64,000 bases of DNA, taken from the NCBI RefSeq assembly GCF_902488535.1, contig NZ_CABTWO010000013.1, forward strand, positions 571-64,570, in the 5' to 3' direction. Positions 11,072 to 20,686 of this stretch are shown here, piece after piece; the stretch's first letter is position 1, and the number at the start of each line of letters is the position of its first letter. The stretch is from an uncultured Mobiluncus sp. (GTDB taxonomy: Bacteria; Actinomycetota; Actinomycetes; Actinomycetales; Actinomycetaceae). Made by a program: the position numbers and the translations under genes. Under the pieces are notes generated by a model, which was not told the DNA's origin, ran no database searches, and saw only the letters and a list, made by a program, of their open reading frames with translations.

Positions 11072-12043
11072 GTGTCACCAACAGACGAGCGCTCTAACTT
11101 GCATCGCACGATTTGGCGGGTCGCCAACGACCTGCGCGGCAGTGTGGACGGCTGGGATTTCAAAGCCTACGTGTTGGGAATGCTGTTCTATCGTTTCATC
11201 TCCGAGCACATCATCGCTTTTGTGGAACAAGTCCAAGCTGAGGCTGGCAGCCCGGACTTTGACTATTCCCTGCTGCCAGACGACGAGGCTGAGGTTCAGA
11301 GCAAATACCTGGTAAACACCCTTGGCTTCTTTATCCGCCCCTCAGATTTGTTTTCTAACGTGCGCGAACACGCTCCGCACGACCAGAATCTCAATGAAAC
11401 GCTGGCGCGGGTGTTTCAAAACATCGAAGCCTCGGCGGTGGGCACCAGCTCCGAGGACGACATGAAGGGACTGTTTGCTGATATCGACACGAACAGCGCG
11501 AAACTCGGCAACACGATTGCCCAGCGTAACGAGAAACTCACGAAGCTGCTCGACGCCATCGGCGACTTGGAACTGGGCGGCTACCGAGACACGAACATCG
11601 ACACCTTCGGCGATGCCTACGAGTATCTGATGACCATGTATGCCTCTTCGGCGGGAAAATCCGGCGGTGAGTTCTCTACCCCCCAGTGCGTCGCCGAGTT
11701 GATTGCCCGCATCACGGTGTTGGGCAAGAATCGCGTAAATCGGGTTTACGACCCGGCTTGCGGTTCGGGTTCGCTGCTGTTGAAGTTCGCGAAAATCCTG
11801 GGTCTGGAAAATGTGGAAGAGGGTTTCTTTGGTCAGGAGATCAACCTCACCACCTATAACCTGTGCCGCATCAATATGTTCTTGCACGGAGTGAACTTTT
11901 CCAAGTTCGACATTGCGCTGGGGGACACCTTGACTGACCCGGCGCACTGGGACTTCGAGCCATTTCAGGCCATCGTTTCCAAACGTTGGATAGCGCGAGT
12001 GATACAAACTAACGATGTGCGCGATTGTGTGCTCGCCGCGTGA
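11072..12043 (+). pseudogene. hsdM: type I R-M methyltransferase subunit M, truncated at motif IV
   Basis: GTG after [47 protein letters not shown]; homology stops at FQAIVS where NPPY is expected, followed by unrelated KRWIARV; no 3' half, hsdS or hsdR seen in the window. Confidence 0.85.
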
Positions 12044-12232
12044 AACGGCGCGGTAACGCGGGGAACGCCGACCGTTCGGCTTCAGCAGGTCGCGACGCGG
12101 GTGTCAGCGTGGCTGCGTGCGCGGGGCGATTGTGGAACCACGACGGAATGCTGACCGGGTTTTGCACCCACCTTGCGAGTGAGGCGTGGAGCCGTCAAAA
12201 GGTATCGGGGCGCGTCAAAATGTCTACAGCGA

Positions 12233-13363
12233 CTACTGTTCGGAAGTGCCTGGAGCCCATACGCTAATAGGAATGAATGGGTTTTCTCGAAGCCTTCGCG
12301 TCAGGGTTTTGTCGTTGACGATTATGGCGACTGATGCTCTTGCTCTTGTGATGCCAACGTAGAAGAGGCAAGCGCTCTTGTCTGCCAAAGGCGTGCCGTC
12401 TGCAATCAGTTTGAGAATGGGATTGGTCGGAACGATGATCACCCGTTCGTAGGTGAGTCCCTTGACCGTTCCGATGTTTTTGAATTCCAAATCAGTAAGG
12501 TGCTTGCCGGATGCTTTACTGCTGCGCAGAGGCATCGGATGATAGTTTTCTAGATAGGTTGCGAGGTGTCGTTCATGGACGAGAAAGACACCGTCGTGTC
12601 CAGTTACCGTCTGGTTTTGGGAGTTCGTTGGAGCGAATCCCAGTTCAGTGGGAAAAATACGGTCTGAGAAGTCAGCAATTCTCTGGTTTGATCGCCAGGT
12701 TTCACATAGCTCTGCGATTTCAAGGAGGCCCGCCGATTCGTGTTTCCGGTACCAGTTGATGAGTCCAAGACGATCCGCGTTTCGGTTTTTCGATGACGTC
12801 TGATCGCTATCAAGCAGGGATTGCCTGACATCGCCGACCAAGAACAGGTGCGGTGTCGCTTGGCTCAAGAGTCGCTCAATGATGTCGAGGCTTTTTCGAC
12901 TGATGTCTTGGACTTCGTCGATGATTATTTCGTCGTAGATGCGGCCTAGCCGTTTTTCAACTGCACCCTGCGAAGCTTCGGCGACCTTGACTGCAAGCTC
13001 GGGCAATGTTTCTTTGTATATCGAACCATTCGAGGAAAAATAGCGCCAGCTCCCTCTTAATTTGAAGTGGTCCTTGGGGTGCATGGCACGGTCAAAAATG
13101 AATCCTGTAGGGCGTACATGCGGGAATAGGACGGGAAGGTATGGTCGGACGTAGTGTCTGATCATGAATGCATACCAACCCATGACGTCTGGCATTTGAG
13201 ACTTGCTGCACGCGCCGGAGAGTCGCGAAATGAGCTCTGCTTGCCCGGAGTCAGTGAGTGTAATGACCAGTCGTTTCTTTTTATCCGCCGTGTTAGCGCA
13301 TCTTTGGACGATACGCTCTGTTTTCCCTGCTCCAGCACAAGCGTGAACGAAGTTATGGATCAC
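12233..13363 (-). CDS. UvrD-like SF1 helicase (Gabija GajB-like)
   Basis: ACAGAGKT, IIIDEVQD, VGDVRQS, TWRS, KGLTY, YVGITRA; GTGA overlap with upstream OLD nuclease. Confidence 0.8.
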   Translation of the reverse strand: MIHNFVHACAGAGKTERIVQRCANTADKKKRLVITLTDSGQAELISRLSGACSKSQMPDVMGWYAFMIRHYVRPYLPVLFPHVRPTGFIFDRAMHPKDHFKLRGSWRYFSSNGSIYKETLPELAVKVAEASQGAVEKRLGRIYDEIIIDEVQDISRKSLDIIERLLSQATPHLFLVGDVRQSLLDSDQTSSKNRNADRLGLINWYRKHESAGLLEIAELCETWRSNQRIADFSDRIFPTELGFAPTNSQNQTVTGHDGVFLVHERHLATYLENYHPMPLRSSKASGKHLTDLEFKNIGTVKGLTYERVIIVPTNPILKLIADGTPLADKSACLFYVGITRARASVAIIVNDKTLTRRLRENPFIPISVWAPGTSEQ

Positions 13364-15000
13364 GATAATCCGCTGGTCCTGCTCACGACGCTGTTAAGCG
13401 AGTTTATTGCATCTGCGATGTATTTGGGAGGATTGAGCTTTACCGGTGAAGTCGCAATTTTGAGCGCCGTAGCCGTCTTGTGTGTCGACATCCAATCCAA
13501 AAGGTCTGTCTCGTTGTCTATCCCGAGAACTGTTCGAATCGTATCTTCACTATTCGCCGACTGAATCTGATACTCGAGTGTCCTCCCTAAGTTGGGGTCG
13601 CCAACGAAGAGTTCACGTTCGTTGGGTTTTGTGAACTCCTTTATCTTGTCCTGCCAGTGTTCGGGGGTCTTGCCATCGTTGTCGCGTAGCGCTACGAGTT
13701 GCCGATTCAGCACTGAAGCTAGTTCGAATCCTCGACGGAACGAGACTCCACCGATTGATATGACATCCACTCCGTAGTCGAGGGGCTCAGCTCCGTATTT
13801 ATCGAGAAAGAATCTGTTGAAAACGATTTCGTCGGACGGCCCTTCAACCAGCACGGCCTTTTTCGCCAGGACAAGTCGTAACGTGTCGAATCCAGAAAGT
13901 TTCTTGAAGTACTCTGACGTGTCATCGCTCAGTTCTTGGAACGCGTGCGCAGTGCCCTCGTGTAGGAGAACCAGCTGGTCTAGGCCAAGGCGGTTGAGGA
14001 CGTAAGAGCTGTGAGTGGTAACGAGGACCTGTCGGCCCTCACGCAGTGCTGAAATGTAAGAAAGCAGCTCGCGCAAGCTTGTATGGCTGAGGTGGTTCTC
14101 TGGTTCTTCAACCAGTAGGTAGGCGGAAGACTCAGACGACCTTCCCATCGCAAGAACCGTTTTCGCTATCGCCTGCGTCCCCTTTCCAGACTGAGAAAAT
14201 GGAACCTTGTCAATCGCAGGTACCAAAGTGTTTGCCCATGATGATGAGCGCGACTGATCAACTTGAATACCAAGCTTCAACTGGCGAAACACGGAAAAGT
14301 CCGTGCCCAATGCTCCGTCAAGCACCGTTAACAAACCATCACCCAAAGAAGCCCTCATCTTACGGTGCTCAACTGAGACGTGGTTACGCACCTTAGGATC
14401 AAGGCGTTCTTCGACGATCTGGCGAGTGTAGTAGTCCATACCTCGATCTGAGCGAATCGTACGTGTGTCGATAACAGCAACTCCGAGTTCTTTGGGTCGT
14501 CGATAGACAACTTGGTCGGCAAAATCTCGCCAATCCAGGCGGTAGTACTCAACTGGGAGGATATGGGGACAATTATCCTCTCGGAAATATTGCTCGATCT
14601 CTTCCGAATAATCGGGGTCGGGATATGCGTGAACAGAAAGACCGACGCTATCCTCCTTTAGCATATTGTGAATGCCCCGCATCTTCTGGGATTCCCCGTC
14701 TGGAACCTCAAGATGTATATCGATACGAAACTCCGGAATCGCAGGAAGTGGAGCTCCAGCCTTCGTATTCGAGAGTGCATTGAAGAAAGCATCGACAAGT
14801 TCCATGTTGAACCAGTAGGGGTTAAGCGCCTCGCTTGCGGTCACCCCTTCGAACTTTCCAGTGAGCGCCATTGTGATCGCTTCGAGAAGAGTGGATTTAC
14901 CCGCTTCATTTGCGCCCACAATGATGTTCATCTCGTGGTGGGGGTTGAGAACTAGCTCTTTGAACTTTCGGTAGCCGCGAATATGGACTTTCGTGATCAC
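13360..15000 (-). CDS. OLD-family ABC ATPase-TOPRIM nuclease (Gabija GajA-like)
   Basis: GANEAGKST, VEEPENHL, VTTHS; TOPRIM VLVEGPSD and RDND. Confidence 0.85.
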   Translation of the reverse strand: MITKVHIRGYRKFKELVLNPHHEMNIIVGANEAGKSTLLEAITMALTGKFEGVTASEALNPYWFNMELVDAFFNALSNTKAGAPLPAIPEFRIDIHLEVPDGESQKMRGIHNMLKEDSVGLSVHAYPDPDYSEEIEQYFREDNCPHILPVEYYRLDWRDFADQVVYRRPKELGVAVIDTRTIRSDRGMDYYTRQIVEERLDPKVRNHVSVEHRKMRASLGDGLLTVLDGALGTDFSVFRQLKLGIQVDQSRSSSWANTLVPAIDKVPFSQSGKGTQAIAKTVLAMGRSSESSAYLLVEEPENHLSHTSLRELLSYISALREGRQVLVTTHSSYVLNRLGLDQLVLLHEGTAHAFQELSDDTSEYFKKLSGFDTLRLVLAKKAVLVEGPSDEIVFNRFFLDKYGAEPLDYGVDVISIGGVSFRRGFELASVLNRQLVALRDNDGKTPEHWQDKIKEFTKPNERELFVGDPNLGRTLEYQIQSANSEDTIRTVLGIDNETDLLDWMSTHKTATALKIATSPVKLNPPKYIADAINSLNSVVSRTSGLS

Positions 15001-17966
15001 GAAGCCACCACCTGTTTGATAAGCGTGACGATGTCGTCGTGTTTGAGTTGGGGCATGAAGCGGACGGTGATGTTGTCACCGCTGATTGATTCGAAGAACT
15101 TGCATGCTGCCTTGATACGTAGCTGCTCGGTTTCTCGCAAGTCTGCCTTCGTGTCGACGTCTTTGGTTTCGACGATGAAGTTCAGTGAGAGCTTCCCGTC
15201 GCTGCCTTGGAGGACGTACATGAAGTCGGGGCTGGTTGTACCGCCGAAGTACACGGGCACCCGGATGGAGCGGCGCGGGATCTTGCCGTAGACGACGACC
15301 TCGTCGAGGACAGAGTCGCGGATCGTGACCCGTTCCTTGGGTGAGTCGTAGACGAACGCGTCGTAGAGGAACTTCTCGGGCACGTCAGCATCAGTGTCGC
15401 GGTAGATGCCGATGTTGCCTTGGACGATGTTCTTCAACGGTTTGCCGTTCGTGCCTGTCAGTGCGGTGGCTCCGAGCGGGCCGTCGATGCGGGCGTATGA
15501 GAACCGGCTCTTGAACTCCTGCTGCATCCAGGTTTGGAACTCGGCGACGAACTTGCCGAGGGTGGCCTTGTTGAAGAACCCGTCGGGCAGTTTCTGCTTC
15601 GCGTTGCGGCGCACTAGGCCCGTATGGATCGCTTTGATCGGCAGATAGGTTTGCAGGTATGCCTGCTTGAGCCAATCCCCATAGGCCAGCCGATCATCGA
15701 TATCAAATGTTGACTTGGTGGCCGTCTTGGTGGTCAGGCTCCCGTCGTCTGCTTTGGTGATGGTTTCCTCAGCGAAGCGCCCCACCTGCGGGGTGTAGAT
15801 GTCCTGGTCGAGGATGTGATCGATACAGGTTGCGATCTCGTCGGCGGTGAGGTCGTCGAGACGCAGATAGTACTTGGCGTTGACCGCCTCCCACAGCTGC
15901 TTGAGTTCGGCGTACCGTTTGGGGCGGATACCGATCTTGGCTTTGCGAGCGTCGGTGACAACCTTGTCGGGCTTAACCTTGCCCACATTGAACTGCGGGT
16001 AACGCTCCAACAGTTCTTGTTCCTTGCCTTCGACGACGTTCTTGTCCGTGTCGACCAGTCCGGCTTGAAGCAGCTCGATAAACAAATCGGTCTCGGTTTT
16101 GCCGAGTTCCTTGGCGACGGCTGGTAGGAGTTCCTTCACCGACGGTGCTGTTGCTGCCGCGTCGGAGTTGATCTCGGTGATCAGCGACTGCGCGAACGAT
16201 TCCTCGGTGTAGTCGATTAGGTAGGTCAGGTAGAACTGTTCATGCGACAACCGGCTACCGCTGACGTCCACGGGCAGACGCAGACCACGCCCGACCTCTT
16301 GCAGTTTGGAAATATCCGACCCGGAGGAGCGAAGTTTGACGATCTGGAACACGTTCGGGTTGTCCCAGCCCTCACGTAGTGTCCACTTGGAGAAAATGAA
16401 CCGCATCGTGTTCGGTGTGCCGTCCGGGTTCGTGAACGAGAGTAGGGACTGCTTGTCGCGCAGGATCTGGTCGACCTCAGCCTGGATTGCCTCATCACTC
16501 GAGGAGTTGTCGGCTGAGAAGTAGCCGCCGTTCGTGGCCGCCACGTCGGCTGCTGAGGCGCGCAGATAGTCGACGTAGTCGCGTTCGGCCTGGGAGGTGC
16601 CTTCCTTGTGCTTGTCGATCTCTTTGGTGAGTTGTTGGTGCAACAGTTCGTGGAAACGGGTGCGTAGATGGCCCGGGCCGTCTACGCCACGGTAGGAGGC
16701 GATCGAGTCGATGAAAAACAGGGTCAGCGTCTTCACCTTTGTCGCCCGCTGGTAGTTGACCCACTCGGTTTCGAAGTGGTTCTCCAGCGCACGTTTCATC
16801 ATCAGACTCTGGTAGGTCTCGGTGTAGACGCGGCTGACGATCGTGTCCCCGGTGCCAAGAATCTGGTCGTTCGACAAGGTCACACCCGACTTGATCTCCG
16901 GCACCCTGGTCTTGCCAACCTCGGCCACCGTGATGCCCGCAAAGTCCCCGTCAGCCTGCCCCAGCGAGTCACCAATGTGCAGCGTGGTTTTCTTGTGCGT
17001 ATCGAGATTCTCAAACGTTGCTGTCTTCGGTCTACTCCGCGACATGCTCGTCAACCGCAGCCTGGTCGACTCACTCGCCTCGTCCAGCGGGTACTGGATA
17101 GAGACGCCTTTGACGAGCTGCTCGTTGAAAGCCTCCACCGAGCCGAGGTTGAACACCAGATTGTTGTAGTCCGTCACCCCGGACTTTTCTCTCTTCGGGA
17201 ACGTCGCCCCGAACCGGATAATCGCCTGAGGACGCAGCTGTTCGAGGACAGTCTTGTAGGTCTTGTTCTCGCGGCGGAACCGGTGCGGCTCGTCAATGAT
17301 CACGATCGGGCGGGTCTGGCGCAGCGCCTCATACGGCTGGCTCGACATGCCCATCACAGTCTGGTCATAGGTTGCAGCCATCGTGGCTTTCGACTGCAAC
17401 ATGCCATCAGTCATCAACAACACCGTGATATGGCCTTTCGCGAGCCGAGAGGCCTGCACGAAACTCGCGATCGCCGAGGGGAACATCTTCCTGCCCTTCG
17501 ACCGCTTCTGCGGGTCAAGCACCTCCAAGTCGAGCTTCAACCGGCTGCCATACTCGTCATCGAAATAGCGTCGGGCATACTCCGAGGTGATAAACGACCT
17601 GGTGCCTTCCTTAATCGGGGTCGACGGCACCAAAAGAATGAACTTGTGGAACCCGTAGAGCCGGTTAAACTCGTACATCATCTGGGTGTAGACCAGCGTT
17701 TTGCCGGTTCCGGTCTCCATCTTCACGTCCACACCCAACACACCATCATCGGTGCGGGTGCGCCACGGGCGAGGAATCGCCTCCACACCCTCAACCAAAC
17801 CCGCCTGAAGATCGGCAATGTTGTCGGTGATCTGCCGGTCGGCAACATCGAACACTGGGTTCGCTTCCATCGCAGACGAATCATCCAATACCACGTCCGC
17901 GAACACATGGGTCAACGCAGTCAGTGCGCGTTGCTGGTGTTCAAGAGTTTGAAGTCTGATCTGCAT
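14997..17966 (-). CDS. res: type III restriction endonuclease Res subunit
   Basis: METGTGKT, IIDEPH, LREGWDNPNVFQI, QEVGRGLR, C-terminal PD-(D/E)xK (SPDF..IVETK). Confidence 0.92.
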   Translation of the reverse strand: MQIRLQTLEHQQRALTALTHVFADVVLDDSSAMEANPVFDVADRQITDNIADLQAGLVEGVEAIPRPWRTRTDDGVLGVDVKMETGTGKTLVYTQMMYEFNRLYGFHKFILLVPSTPIKEGTRSFITSEYARRYFDDEYGSRLKLDLEVLDPQKRSKGRKMFPSAIASFVQASRLAKGHITVLLMTDGMLQSKATMAATYDQTVMGMSSQPYEALRQTRPIVIIDEPHRFRRENKTYKTVLEQLRPQAIIRFGATFPKREKSGVTDYNNLVFNLGSVEAFNEQLVKGVSIQYPLDEASESTRLRLTSMSRSRPKTATFENLDTHKKTTLHIGDSLGQADGDFAGITVAEVGKTRVPEIKSGVTLSNDQILGTGDTIVSRVYTETYQSLMMKRALENHFETEWVNYQRATKVKTLTLFFIDSIASYRGVDGPGHLRTRFHELLHQQLTKEIDKHKEGTSQAERDYVDYLRASAADVAATNGGYFSADNSSSDEAIQAEVDQILRDKQSLLSFTNPDGTPNTMRFIFSKWTLREGWDNPNVFQIVKLRSSGSDISKLQEVGRGLRLPVDVSGSRLSHEQFYLTYLIDYTEESFAQSLITEINSDAAATAPSVKELLPAVAKELGKTETDLFIELLQAGLVDTDKNVVEGKEQELLERYPQFNVGKVKPDKVVTDARKAKIGIRPKRYAELKQLWEAVNAKYYLRLDDLTADEIATCIDHILDQDIYTPQVGRFAEETITKADDGSLTTKTATKSTFDIDDRLAYGDWLKQAYLQTYLPIKAIHTGLVRRNAKQKLPDGFFNKATLGKFVAEFQTWMQQEFKSRFSYARIDGPLGATALTGTNGKPLKNIVQGNIGIYRDTDADVPEKFLYDAFVYDSPKERVTIRDSVLDEVVVYGKIPRRSIRVPVYFGGTTSPDFMYVLQGSDGKLSLNFIVETKDVDTKADLRETEQLRIKAACKFFESISGDNITVRFMPQLKHDDIVTLIKQVVAS

Positions 17967-17969
17967 GGG

Positions 17970-19931
17970 TCAGAACCTCTCGATCACGGTGACTGTCTTG
18001 CCGGACTTCAACACGGCCAGATTCTTCTTCAACTCGTGCATCACCGAGAACTCGACCGAATAGCCGAACACCACCACACGGGAAACCGTCAGCTCACCGT
18101 TTTCGAGAATGCGAACCATTGCCACCACGTCATCACTGGTCAGCCCGGTGTTGATGATGTAGGCGGAATCGCCGCACACATCCAGCTCATACCCGGCCAG
18201 CTTCACCCTCTCAGGTGTTGCGGTCAGGCCGTGGCCATCCTTCACCAGCCACGTCGCCAACACCGTGTCATGTCCAGGAGTCTCATCCAGATCGAACTTC
18301 GACACATAATCCCCAGCAAACAACGCATCCGCCTGCTCGGGATCAAACGCTTCCAGCTGATCCAACACCTGCCCCGACGGCTCCTCCAACCGGTACAACC
18401 GGAAGCCATAGTCAATGTCCGCGCCCGTCTCGTCCTTGATCTTCGCCGCCGCACGCTTAATACGCTCACGACCAATCTCATCAATCGTGCGGTAACCAGC
18501 ATCGTATGCGGGCTTTCCCCGCTCGATCTTCTCGGGCAACTGCACCATAACGTATTTTCTATTACCGCCGTCCTCGGCGTTGAGTTGAAGAATAGCATCG
18601 GCAGTTGTTGCAGAACCGGAGAAGAAGTCAAGAATCACACTATCTCTTTGTGTGACAAATCGAATTATCCTTTTGAGAAGATTCGTAGACTTCGGATTGT
18701 CGAAGACTCGCGCGCCCATCAACTTAGTAAGTTGAGCAGTGTTCCCACGGTTATCCTCGTAGTAGACGCTAGACAAAGTATCTTCAACCGTCTCGAGCCT
18801 CTTTTTGATCTTGGGAACCGTGGTTTCATCTGATCCCCACTCGACATCCCCCCTCTCTGCGGCTGCAAGAAATGTTTCCTCTGGCCAGCGATAGCCATTC
18901 TGAGGTTTCGCACAGACCCGTTGAGTTTCGGGATGGAGGATATCGAATCGGTACCCTCCGGGCTTCGTGTTCGACGAGTTTCCAGGGTAGTAGACACCGT
19001 TATCGTCCACCCTGTCATAGTGCTTTACCCCGGCGAGAAGGTTTCCCTGCGCTTTAATCCAACTGCGCAAACCTTTCTGTATTTCATCCAGAGAGCTACC
19101 GAACTTTGCTTTTAACGATTCGTATTGCTTGAGTATGAGATTCGACTTATAGCTGGGTGCGACCCAAGCCTCTTGAACGACCCTATTGCGGGCGTAGCAT
19201 GAAACGTATTCGTGCTCAGCGGCTATTTGTGATTTGTTGTTATCTGTTGCTGTCTTCCAGACAATTTGCCCAATCTGGTTTTGTTCACCGAATACCTCGT
19301 CGCAGAGGAGCTTGAGATTTGATTGTTCGTTGTCATCGATGCTGATGAAGATGACGCCGTCGTCTGAGAGGAGTTCCTTGGCGAGTTGGAGCCGGGGGTA
19401 CATGAAGGTGAGCCAGGCGGAGTGTGAGGACTTGCCTTGCAGGTCGAGCACTCGCTGGGCTTCGTCTTCGGACAGGCCGATCTTGTCGACGAGTTGTTTG
19501 GGTGTGAAGCCGAAGTCGTCGTTGTAGACGAACCCGTCAGAGCCGGTGTTATAAGGCGGATCGATGTAGATGCACTTGACCTGGCCGGTGTATGAACCGA
19601 GCAGATGTTTGAGGGCGTCGAGGTTGTCGCCGACGATGTAGAGATTTTCGGAGTCCTTGTTTTCTGGTTCGCTGTTGTGTTCCAGGTCGGGCACGACCAC
19701 GGTCTCTGTCTTGGTTGACGTGAGGTACTTGGCGTAGGACTTGCCGAGGAACTTCAGCTCGTAGCCTTCTTTGGCGAGGTTCACGTCGCCTGAGCGGAGG
19801 GTCTCCTTGAACCGGTCGATCATGAATGCGTCGTTGCTGTCGAAATACTCGGGCAGCGCGGCACGTAGCCGCTCAAGCTCGAAATCGTTTGGCTGGACGG
19901 TTTCGTTGTGCTGATGGGCGTCGCGGATCAT
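17970..19931 (-). CDS. mod: type III R-M DNA methyltransferase Mod
   Basis: GDNLDALK, IYIDPPYNTG, FISIDDNE, FDNPK, ILDFFSGSATT; start at 19931 overlaps the HTH gene stop (ATGA). Confidence 0.92.
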   Translation of the reverse strand: MIRDAHQHNETVQPNDFELERLRAALPEYFDSNDAFMIDRFKETLRSGDVNLAKEGYELKFLGKSYAKYLTSTKTETVVVPDLEHNSEPENKDSENLYIVGDNLDALKHLLGSYTGQVKCIYIDPPYNTGSDGFVYNDDFGFTPKQLVDKIGLSEDEAQRVLDLQGKSSHSAWLTFMYPRLQLAKELLSDDGVIFISIDDNEQSNLKLLCDEVFGEQNQIGQIVWKTATDNNKSQIAAEHEYVSCYARNRVVQEAWVAPSYKSNLILKQYESLKAKFGSSLDEIQKGLRSWIKAQGNLLAGVKHYDRVDDNGVYYPGNSSNTKPGGYRFDILHPETQRVCAKPQNGYRWPEETFLAAAERGDVEWGSDETTVPKIKKRLETVEDTLSSVYYEDNRGNTAQLTKLMGARVFDNPKSTNLLKRIIRFVTQRDSVILDFFSGSATTADAILQLNAEDGGNRKYVMVQLPEKIERGKPAYDAGYRTIDEIGRERIKRAAAKIKDETGADIDYGFRLYRLEEPSGQVLDQLEAFDPEQADALFAGDYVSKFDLDETPGHDTVLATWLVKDGHGLTATPERVKLAGYELDVCGDSAYIINTGLTSDDVVAMVRILENGELTVSRVVVFGYSVEFSVMHELKKNLAVLKSGKTVTVIERF

Positions 19932-20161
19932 AGGACGACCTCCTCTTCGTTCGGGACGACTTCGCAAATATCGGCGATGTCGCAGTCGAGTGCTTCACAG
20001 ATGCGGGCAAGAACGTCGGTGGTGACGTTGCCTCCGCGTCCGAGTTTCGCGATGGTTGATGCACTTAGCACAGTTAGCTTGGCTAGGTCGGTTTTATTCA
20101 TACCTTTATCAATCAGGAGTTTCCATAGCGGGTTGTAGGACATACGTAGGTTATTCGGCAT
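19928..20161 (-). CDS. Cro/CI-type (XRE) HTH regulator
   Basis: MSYNPLWKLLIDKGMNKTDLAK..STIAKLGRG..VLARICEALDCDIADI; start after GGAG RBS. Confidence 0.85.
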   Translation of the reverse strand: MPNNLRMSYNPLWKLLIDKGMNKTDLAKLTVLSASTIAKLGRGGNVTTDVLARICEALDCDIADICEVVPNEEEVVL

Positions 20162-20273
20162 GTGGGGACTCCGTTTCTTCGTTGGCTGGGGTGCTAATGA
20201 TATCGGTATCTGTAAGGCCAACAAGGAAGCCATAGCGACCTTCGTTGATCTTCTTAGTGAAAAGGACTTTCAT
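20151..20273 (-). pseudogene. 40-aa chimeric ORF (probable toxin start fused to the tail of an element gene)
   Basis: ATGA overlap with antitoxin stop; translates MKVLFTKKINEGRYGFLVGLTDTDIISTPANEETESPHAE*; stop overlaps start of the HTH gene. Confidence 0.5.
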
Positions 20274-20512
20274 TTGGCTAGCTCTTCGTACACGCGGCGA
20301 TTGCGTTCCATGATTTGCTTCGAAGCTGCCAAGACTTCGGAGTCGGTAGCTTCTTGGGGCATGTCCAGTTGGTTGAACTCAATGATGACGTAACGCGGCT
20401 CGTTATTCTTCATAATGACGGCGCTCCCGTTTTGGTCAACCAGTCTGGCGACCTTGGAAAAGTTTTGATTCGCTTCTGAAATTGGCACCAAAGTGGCGGT
20501 ATCAACGTTCAT
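20270..20512 (-). CDS. Phd/YefM family type II antitoxin (orphan)
   Basis: LVPISEANQNFSKVARLVD..AVIMKNNEPRYVII..VYEELAK; GAGGAGG RBS. Confidence 0.88.
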   Translation of the reverse strand: MNVDTATLVPISEANQNFSKVARLVDQNGSAVIMKNNEPRYVIIEFNQLDMPQEATDSEVLAASKQIMERNRRVYEELAK

Positions 20513-20583
20513 TTTTCCTCCTCAACATCTCAATTATGCAATAAATTCTAGGATTAATAAATGGTGCAAAGCTGAAATGAGAC

Positions 20584-20620
20584 AAAAATTTCGGGGCAGA
20601 GCTAATGCTCCGCCCCGAAA
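20584..20620 (-). terminator. intrinsic terminator of the 26323->20687 operon
   Basis: TTTCGGGGC(a)GAGC-taat-GCTC(c)GCCCCGAAA hairpin with T-run on the minus strand. Confidence 0.7.
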
Positions 20621-20686
20621 CCCTGTTCTCGCAACTGGGCTAGATTTGAGTGAAATTGGTTTCACTAGGCTCTTTTACCCAGGCAA

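Larger units (their letters stand above)
11983..20261. mobile_element. remnant of an element integrated in hsdM, carrying type III R-M and Gabija-like genes; no recombinase left
   Basis: Sharp junction in hsdM at about 11982; cargo on the opposite strand; right end is a fusion scar at about 20261. Confidence 0.6.

Noticed and set aside
12017..12232. GTGCG after the hsdM break as a group II intron 5' end
   Set aside because: It lies about 35 nt past the actual junction; no RT ORF or recognisable domain V/VI is present
16668..18833. 721-aa plus-strand ORF
   Set aside because: Antisense shadow of mod/res in GC-rich DNA, with no motifs; the same applies to other long antisense ORFs (24351-25556, 26612-27826, 45824-47056)
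17970..19931. Phase-variable simple sequence repeat in mod
   Set aside because: No homopolymer or short tandem tract seen
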